A stretch of DNA of 61,505 nt, counting the filler, from Sluysia triapertura (Eukaryota), in assembly GCA_046118255.1 (NCBI GenBank). It is 5 parts of 5 records of this genome, joined end to end, with 100 filler letters (N's around TTAATTAATTAA, not from the genome) between each part and the next. Parts side by side here need not be neighbours in the genome. Positions count along the whole stretch, not along the records: positions 48,309 to 61,505 come from JBJNIA010053442.1; 4 more parts are not named here. One strand, 5' to 3'. Under the pieces are notes generated by a model, which worked only from the letters and a program-made list of their open reading frames with translations, was not told where the DNA came from and did no database searches. Both the position numbers and the translations under genes were made by a program. Shown here one piece after another: positions 52,958 to 61,505 of this stretch (positions are counted from its first letter, which is position 1; the number at the start of each line of letters is the position of its first letter).

Positions 52958-55900
52958 GTAAAGTTTTTGACAGGTGATATAAAGCTCCGGTTGGATTTGG
53001 TATCAATTTCGTAAATCGTTAGCCAATGATATTGAAGAAAGGACATGTTAAATAAGTTAAATATTGACGCATAGTTATTCCATAATCCATAAAATTCTTC
53101 TTTTATAGATTATTAAATAACACAGTTAAAAATGACATTTAATAACAAGTTAGAATTACAGACAACATAAATTTCCTTGATTGGTCAGATTAAGCTAAAA
53201 TAACTTTCCATGTCATGTGCTGATATTTTATTTTGTGTTTCTATTAGAAGTAACTTTATTGCTGTCATAAAATAACACAAAATTAAAAGCAATTAATAAA
53301 CAATATTCAATGAATACTTATTTAACGCGAATTAATTAAATTGTAAATTTTTATTTGCAAAATTTTTACTTAGTTGGATATTGGTCAAGCCCCGGAAAGC
53401 CCGATACTACTAAAGTAATCAGTTTTTTTTGAAAGTTTTTTCTTCTGGGCTTTTCTATTAAAAATATTTTCTTAATATTTTTACTTATATATGTACTGTG
53501 TATGTCAAATCTCTTAGATCAGTGGGAAAACCGACAAAGGTTTGTAACAGGGTACAATATTTTTAAAAAATACGGAAAAACTATAATGAAACACAGTGTC
53601 ATTATTTTCATAATACAATATATATACTATTATTTTGATTATTTTAATAACTATTATTATTTTTATTCAATTGGCTTGAACAACCGATTTATCTCAAGAA
53701 ATTTGATTCCTAATAAAAATACATGATACATTTTCAATTTTATTGGATTATGCAGTCTTTAATATTATTATAATATTATAAGGGTTTAGTTAAATTTAAA
53801 GACAGTTAACAAAAAATGTTGTTGATTGCATTTGTTACATAAAAATTACCTATAATATCGAAAAGGAAAGAATTGACTGAAGTAGAACGTGAAAGAATTC
53901 TTGTTTACATTGAAGAAAAATAATGTTTATTTACGTTTTTTAAAAAGTTATATCCGATACTACTTAGTTGTCAGTCCAGTCTAATCACACAGTTTTATCA
54001 GCATATTTTAGGCAATTATCTGAGCATGCTCAATGTTTTAACAGCATGAATTATTGTACATATTAATAAAACAATTACTGGGTCACAGTTTGTGCATCTG
54101 AAAATAATACAAAAGATTGTTTCATTAATCATTAATGAACAAGTGTTTCTTGTGAAAGCAGACTTTGAAAAGCAATATCCTGTTTTCTATTCAACAATTT
54201 TGCAGAAAGTTTTCCACATTGAACCACTAAAAGAGAAACAGCAATTAAATTGATTATGTTTCAAATGGAGTCAGTGCCAGATATCAAAATGAATTGAAGC
54301 TAATTATTATAAGTTTATAGATTTATAAGATATTTTGTTTTTCATTATTTTGTAGCGTGTTACATTAATTTATCATGATATATTAAAATTGATATTTTTC
54401 AATTCAGCCATTAGTTCGTTTACTATCTTTTCATTCGTTATTTTCAACGTTTTATGGTTTATTACAAGGAAAGAAGTTACCGAATGAAAAATCATATTCT
54501 TTTAGAACTATTCCGAATACTCTAGTGGTAGGTATATTAACAATAATAATAATTATTAACAATTTAATTATTTATTACCTTTATTAAATTGAAAACTTCA
54601 TCTTCATTCACTTTTTCGACTTCTAACTTTTTATTCAATATTATCTTTGGCAAATTATCTTACGCATATCAAAATTAAGTCATTTTACAATTTCAAACTG
54701 AAATGATATCGAAAAACTTTTTCCCATCACAATTAATATTATGTTGTATTGTTAGGTTATTCGAAAAGTTATTAATTTAAATTTTATTATATCTCAATGA
54801 AACAATTGCAATTTAGCGAATTCAGAAATGAATTAAAAGATAATATTCGCAATAATTATGTTTGTCGTCAGGGATGAAATTTGTAGAAAAAAGGCAAAGT
54901 TGATTGATAACTTACAAGTATATGGAATTGTTTTATTCATCAAAGTATGGCGGATGAAGGCAATGAATTCCTGGAAGGCCAATTTTACAGATAATAGTTA
55001 ATAGTTTTTGGCATGCATTTTTATTCATTTACATTCGTCTTGTTAGCTAATATTTGGTTGTTTTTTTTTGTGCCAGTTTTTTTAATGTTTTCTTAGTCCT
55101 TATGTTTTTATAGGCTAATTTAGTGAAACATGTTTTATCTATTTTATTTCTTTTAAAAGTTTCAAAGGAAATGTTTTACATTATCACGTTATTTAGTTAT
55201 TATTATTTATTATTATTATTATTATTTTAGAGTTTTATTGATCGACTTGTAATAGTGGATAGTCCTGGTAAAATACATGCTCTGTTCAACTTTGAATCCA
55301 GTCATTTGTTAGGATTACAGTTTAGTTTTCTTGCTATTACAACATTATTAAGTTATAGTTTTGGCAGATAACACTGTATTATACATAGTATTATGATATA
55401 TATATATATATAATGAATCTAAGTACTTTACAAAATTTAATTTTTTTCTTGAAAATTAAGGAAAATTTTTATTATTCTTTTTTATAATGATTAACAAAGA
55501 TCTTTAATAATAAATGCAAAATTTAATCTGAACAATATAAATAAGTAAAACAACGAACATCTATTGAACAACAAACCAATTAAATAAAACAATATTATAC
55601 ATACATGCAATATTTATACAGAAATGCTTCAGTGGTATCAATGGATTTATTGTGAAATAACAGGAATAAATGTATGAGTCAAAATATACGCGAAAACGGA
55701 TGAAACAGCTATATATAGGAATAAATTTAACTGTTCCATAAATCTGCCACATGCGACTGATACACCAACGTAGATAAAATAAAATTAATAATGTAATAGA
55801 TAATCTAATGTAATTTTCAATCGGATAAGGTTTAACACTATTTTTCAGGGTTAACAAATTTAATCTTATAGATGCTATTTATATTTCTATTTATATTTCT

Positions 55901-56628
55901 CGTAGCTAATGAAGTCAGTACCTTGAACTTTATTTGATTTAATTGCTCGTTTAGGAAATACAATATAGAACTTTATATTAAGTTGAAGTATTAATAACAA
56001 TATTTGACATTTAACAAAAATAAAATCATTTTCACGACGATTTCTTTTATATTTACCTAATGATGTTAGATCATTCATAAATAATATTGTTTTTAGTGAT
56101 AAATCAGATTTTGCACATTAAACAAAAATCATCTGTAAAATTCTTTAGATTATCAGATAACGAATTTTTATTTTGATTAATCCAACCTAACTCAAAAGTT
56201 TTTCCACTATCTAAATTAGAATTAAATTTTAATAATATTTCATACGATTTTGAATTAGACTTTCTAATAACAGAAAATCGTGGATATTTTAGTGCTTCTG
56301 TTTGAGCTAACATTCTATATTTATAAATACTTAGAACATCCACTGGAACAATAACGAAAAATTTTTGGCTTTCAAGTCTTGTTTCTCAGTAATTAATAAA
56401 GTAATATTATTGAAAGAAAGTATGGACGTGTTCTTGTACAACCACGATAATCGGATAATTGACTTTCTACGAGACATTCAGTTGAAAACAATATAGAACA
56501 AATTTTATAACAGATGCTAAATTCATATTTAATCGATTAACAATATTTTATTTGATATCACTGATAGTAATAATTATAATATTGATGCATAAAATAATAA
56601 TAAATAATGTATAATAATAATAAATATA

Positions 56629-56664
<36 letters not shown>

Positions 56665-57684
56665 GAAATAACAAGTATAAGTAATAATAAAATATATGAA
56701 TGATAATATTAATAATAATGATAATACAAAAAATTAGAAGATAGAGTTTTTGAAGTTTCAGAAATATTATAGTGAATGCTTTATTTTAAAAGATTTTGAG
56801 CAATAAAATGAAGTAGAAGTAAGAGTAAGAATAGTGGCAAAATTGTAAGAAACAATGAAAAATATATACACAAGGAAAAAGAGAAGATCAAACACTGTAG
56901 CAACAAGAATAGTTATAACAGTAACAATCACAAAATCAGAACAATTTAGTAATATTATGACAATAGTTTTTATTATTGTGATAATAATTATGATATTAAT
57001 AATAATTGTAAAATTATGGTAATTATAAATTATGAATGTGGTTATGTTTTATATGTATTGAGTAACTTGTTTAATAATTTGTTTATGTAAGATGAGTCAA
57101 TTTGTGTGGGTGTTTGTTTGTGATTATTATGAGTTGATTTTGTATCAAGAAGTGGATTAAGAATATATAAATAATATTTTTGAAAATTTATATGTAGATC
57201 TTTAATTGATAATATTAATAAATATATAAATGAATATAAAATGTTATATTTACGATTAATAATGATTTTAAAGAAATTGTTATGAATTAAATGCAATAAT
57301 AATAATAATAATAAACCAATTTTACAAAATGGTATATATAAGTGGAACCGTTCGAAATGGTACAAGTCTAACTAAAGTTTCCAGATCATAATATTAAAAA
57401 CATTTGATTTATTTAAAACAAAAAATATCCACGAAACCATGTCGATATTTCATATAGAATTTCTAATTAATTTTTATTCTTAGTTTAGCCAATGTACATG
57501 TTATTTGAATTGTTTAAACTTACAGATAAAATTATATGGATTTATTATATTATTAACTATAATACTTATTTTAGTTGGTTATCTACTACCATAACAAATC
57601 TGAATTGTCTTCTTTTGTTACAATCCCAGTATCATTATATTGAACTTCTTATTAAGTCGCAACAAGAAAATGTTTCTGATAGGT

Positions 57685-57731
<47 letters not shown>

Positions 57732-60400
57732 TTATTATCTTTAATATTAATTTTAATATTATGGTTTCTATATAAATTTTCATTTTTAAGGAACCAGATT
57801 TTATTAAAATATAAGTACTTTTTCTGACATTTTCAAATACATCTGACATTTCCATATTACGATCGACGGTCACACACGTCTCATTGGATTATTTTATCAA
57901 ATTTGTAACTTTTCAATAATATTTGATGAAGATTAATATAGATGCATTTATTCTAACAGACAGAAAGACTTGACGAAATACTTCCTTAAGATAACGAACC
58001 TGGATAATTGGATGACATAATCAATGAAAATTACGCTAGTATTTGAAATGTCGTTTGTTCAATCAAAAGATGATTACCATCCAAGAAGGATAGAAAGAAG
58101 AACTGCACAGTGAAATGTATTCTACGATTTCAAAAGTTATTAAAGTTATGAATTCAGGACAAACTCGGTAATTTTGTGAACATGGTTATTCAATAAACAA
58201 ATAAATCTATGACTACTGAAAAAGCTAGCATTTTGATGATAAATTTAGGAAAAATACATTTTTTCTTATTGTAATGAAAGGTAAAAATGAAAACTTCCAT
58301 GAATTTTGGACAGAAAAGTATGGATTATTATCTATTATGAATAAATATTATGTATCGCTTCGATATTAAAAATTAGAGATATCGCACTGATAATTCTACA
58401 CTAATATATATTTGGAGCAAATCATAATAAACACTAAATGGCATCATCTAACTGATGATGAACATTCAAAGGAATAGGTCCATTCAAAATGTTCATTTTA
58501 TCTAAATTTGGGTACTATGAGATGCAACAAGCACTTTTCTCCGGAACGTTAAAATAAATGTAAAGAAAATTGTGCTGTTGAAACAAAATCAATCAGAAAA
58601 TGTTGCAGAAAGTATGATACAACCTTACTTGAACAAAGAAATAAATATCATACTTTGCTTTCCAATAAGACATCTGCTTTAAGAAGAAAACTAAATTCAT
58701 ATTTTAAAAAACACAATTACAAAAATGAACTTCAACCATAAGAAAAACAAGTTAGTAGTACTATTCGATAAATGAATGGAGGAACCCGAAAACCAGAAAT
58801 AATTATGCTGCACAATTCCTATTCGTGTTGTTCTACAACATGATTGATACAGCCGTAGATAGTTTATTTCTGCTTTATATTGAAAGAAATCCTCACTTAT
58901 ATAAAAGTGCCAAAAAACAATCAATAAGTAAAAATCTGAGTTATTTAAAAGAGAACGAAATAAGCTCACAGAAGAGAAAATGCAATAATATATATGTATG
59001 TGATTGTCACGAAACAGAAACAGTTGCATGTAATGAATACAGTGATGTATAAATTTAAATAATTTATTGTTAATATTTTGACATAAATTTTAGTGTAACA
59101 ATCATCCTCACTCTTAGGTATTTGTGTAACATTTTTCTTCTGATATGCGATCTAAATTTGATCTTATAATTGGACCATTACAACTTAATTAATCAACTTA
59201 ATCAAAGTTAATATAAAGGCAAAGTTTTTCTGTTTCAGAATCACTATGAAGAATGATGTATTTTAAGTGATTGTGAGTTTTTATTTCTTTTTTTTGAAAT
59301 AATGATTAATATTTATGTTTTAAAAGCAACAATATAACTTTTTAAAACAATGTTATATAAAATGATTTATACTAAAAAAGCAGCAAAAACTATAGTAGAA
59401 AGTTTAATGATGCTTCTTTTAATTAAAAGAAACTTTATTATTCACATGTTTCGAAAATGCAGAATGGCGTTCAATAACATACGTTCATTGGTTATGTTAG
59501 TTATGTAAATTATGTAATAGCATTATGTAATAACCTTTAAGAAACGTTTATTTAAACCCTTCGTTTGTAATAGGCTTGATGTGTCCCATTAGATTTCAAA
59601 AAATAATGAAATAAGGAAAGGTTACCAGGATGTCGCACAAGTCTGTTATAAATGATGCATTTGTGTAATGGAAATTTGTAAAATAATTGCAAAAATATGT
59701 TGGCGTAAAAGAATTAAGATAAATAAAATGAATTCTAATAACTAAGAACTATATGTTTTTATACATTTCTCTATTTCTATTTCGACACCAAATTGATGAT
59801 TTAGAGACGAGCAATATGATGTCTATCTTCGACATATTCCTTATATTTAAATAATCTTCATGTAAACAAATGTCATCGATTTAAAAAGTAGCAAATCTGA
59901 AGGTATAATGGTTTTGAGCTGTACGTTGGTTGAAATAATAACTAAAATTTTCTTTCATTTGTCTAAAGTTTACCATTTGGAGTTTTACCATGCATGAAAG
60001 AAAATCTTAATTAAATTGACTTTACAAATAATATCTGAATTTTATCGAATAAAAATTTTGTTCATTATTCATTTATTGGTTAAAAATAGGTTAAAATTAT
60101 TACCTTTAAATAATAATGATAAAACTTTTATTGTTTAAATTTACACTAATTTGATTTTAAGACGTAATAATGAAACGCTGAATAACTTTAGAAACATCTT
60201 AATAGTATGAGCCTTGCGTTCAGAAAAATACGGCACTTATGATATAATAGCAAAAAATAAAAATTATTAATTACAGTGGTCACGTCATAATTGATTGGTT
60301 GTCAATTACAAGAAATTATTTAATTTGTCGATCTCTCCAATTGGCTGGGCCGAATGAAAGAGATAGTTGTATCAAAAAACCAGATGATTATTCTGAACAG
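49372..60400 (+). CDS. TBC1D32: TBC1D32 / Broad-minded (BROMI) orthologue, partial; exons 49372-49514, 49568-49698, 50323-50533, 50578-50645, 50750-50891, 52566-52796, (one or two unresolved), 55231-55319, 57575-57682, 60277-60400
   Basis: Phase-consistent exons give, in the expected order: ISWEETVVNNLLFL, IWAATECDPDD..WPVQGID, FIDRLVIVDSPGKIHALFNFESSHLLGL, LNCLLLLQSQYHYIELLIKSQQEN, VIIDWLSITRNYLICRSLQLAGPNER. These match BROMI motifs as I recall them ([52 protein letters not shown]). Confidence 0.88.
49517..49563. repeat. (TAT)n microsatellite filling a 53-nt intron; similar tracts at ~10657-10709, 32755-32778 and (ATTT)n at 57684-57730
   Basis: Directly visible simple repeats. This one explains the poly-Tyr run in ORF 49353-49625. 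Confidence 0.95.
51330..51720 (+). mobile_element. piggyBac-like transposase C-terminal remnant, intronic
   Basis: VCNSIQWRYKRTKKTGYRCNDCNVC resembles the piggyBac cysteine-rich domain. Confidence 0.55.
55561..56480 (-). pseudogene. Chain of decayed ORFs of unknown origin in a TBC1D32 intron
   Basis: Three consecutive minus-strand ORFs (79, 63 and 98 aa) directly downstream of the 56.6-57.3 kb dispersed repeat. No motif recognised. Confidence 0.35.
57900..59052 (+). mobile_element. Decayed piggyBac transposase, intronic
   Basis: Remnants EFWTEKYG, TDNS (cf. TDNFYTS), GTLK, KPEII, LFYNMIDTAV..FLLY and a Cys-rich tail. Boundaries approximate. Confidence 0.75.
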
Positions 60401-60649
60401 GTTATTATTATTATTATTATTATTTAAAATTGTTATTAGTTCTAGATTTATCATTATTTATAATTCTGAAGGCTGATTCTAATTTTCGCCACATTTTCCT
60501 CCTTTATTTAATTAATTTCTTATAATAAATCATAAACGATATTTAAATAAAATTAAACTAATAAATATCAAATATAAAATACATTACATATGTACTCTAT
60601 TCTCAGACTAAGTGACACCTCGTAATTTGTATTAATCTGTTTGTAAACG

Positions 60650-61350
60650 CCCTTGGAACTTTAAGTTTGTTCCATCTTACTGGATGTTTTCATTCGATCT
60701 CATTAAGCATTTAATAAATTACCCAGGTTTTATGGAAAGTAATCTAAAATAAGATAATTAACTTCACAACTTATTCGTAGTATTAATTTCTTTTAAATTT
60801 AGAGTACGATGATTACCATCCTTATGAAATATATTTTGATTTATAAAAATTACAATCACTTCTCTATGTCTAGCTATTTTAGTGAATAAATTATTAAAAT
60901 ATTCCTGTTTATTAGCTTCGTGGTATAATTCATCAATAACGATTACATCATGTTTTTGTGGTCTGCTTGACCAATATTTGTCAAAACCACACTCATTTTG
61001 ATGTCAATATATTTTATTAAAATTATTTTTTAAACTTATTACTTTACAGTAATTTACATAATGGGGTTAAAATTTGATACTTAACTTTTAGCAAATTGTT
61101 TATTATAAATCAAATGAAATACATACATGAACTACAATTATTGATTAATTATTTACATCTTTTCTTTAAATTTTTCTATAACTTCTTCATTTCCTTGTGG
61201 TCCAAATACTCGTACCACAAAATTAATTCAGAGGCAGTATTCAATGATTAAATAAAAATTAAGAAAATCTTACCTCCCTTTCAAGTAATTGACAGTATGG
61301 TAGTTGCAATTTTTTTTAATATGGTCTCCATTTTCTACTTGACACAGAAC
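60650..61350 (-). mobile_element. Polinton/Maverick (adintovirus-like) A32-type packaging ATPase remnant
   Basis: Minus frame reads DVIVIDELYHEANKQEYFNNLFTKIARHREVIVIFINQNIFHKDGNHRTLNL (~60950-60795): Walker B, LFTK..RH and IF..QN.F...RT motifs. Upstream ILWY is present; Walker A is degraded. Confidence 0.8.
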
Positions 61351-61505
61351 ATTTTTATTTTTATCAGTAATTAGTAATTAATATAAAGCATTAAAATCTT
61401 GATAATGATTTTAATTTTATTTCGAAATAATTTTATCTTTGAATAAATTTAAATTAAATAAATTTTAGATTTAATTTAAAAATTTGAAAATTAAAATAAT
61501 TTAAA

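Noticed and set aside
53850-53925. Separate Tc1 element (SKRKELTEVERERILVY)
   Set aside because: Only a short N-terminal-like fragment is present, with no catalytic motifs or matched TIRs.
3087-57827. Numerous 60-110 aa ORFs rich in F/I/L/K/N/Y (e.g. 3087, 4889, 20958, 26200, 37323, 42258, 57042)
   Set aside because: These are expected by chance in very AT-rich DNA, or lie antisense to real exons and TEs. None shows a motif.
60277-60360. CCAAT/CACGTCA promoter-like cluster
   Set aside because: It is a phase-consistent TBC1D32 coding exon (GHVIIDWLSITRN...).

Overview
This is very AT-rich, repeat-laden eukaryotic (animal-like) genomic scaffold, in five contigs joined by 100-bp gap linkers (44 N + TTAATTAATTAA + 44 N). 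Host genes reconstructed by eye with phase-consistent GT-AG exons: a secreted C-type lectin (1226-1828); a small 3-exon hypothetical gene; part of a ZMYND8/ZMYND11-like gene; a minus-strand coiled-coil gene; a hypothetical spliced gene at 46.3-48 kb; and at least 9 exons of a TBC1D32/BROMI orthologue (49372-60400, open at both ends). The rest is mostly decayed mobile DNA: Tc1, mariner, hAT, piggyBac, a Polinton packaging-ATPase remnant and an intronless RhoGEF pseudogene. The most notable observation is a 106-168 bp element present three times. It has TGTT...AACA termini and 4-bp target-site duplications (an integrase signature), yet its cargo is a tRNA-Ala-like Pol III unit with a TTTT terminator inside its own 8-bp inverted repeat. 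Second is a ~740-770 bp solo-LTR-like family with similar termini that carries phased heat-shock-element arrays before a CCAAT/TATA promoter. All family assignments come from motif recognition, not database searches.
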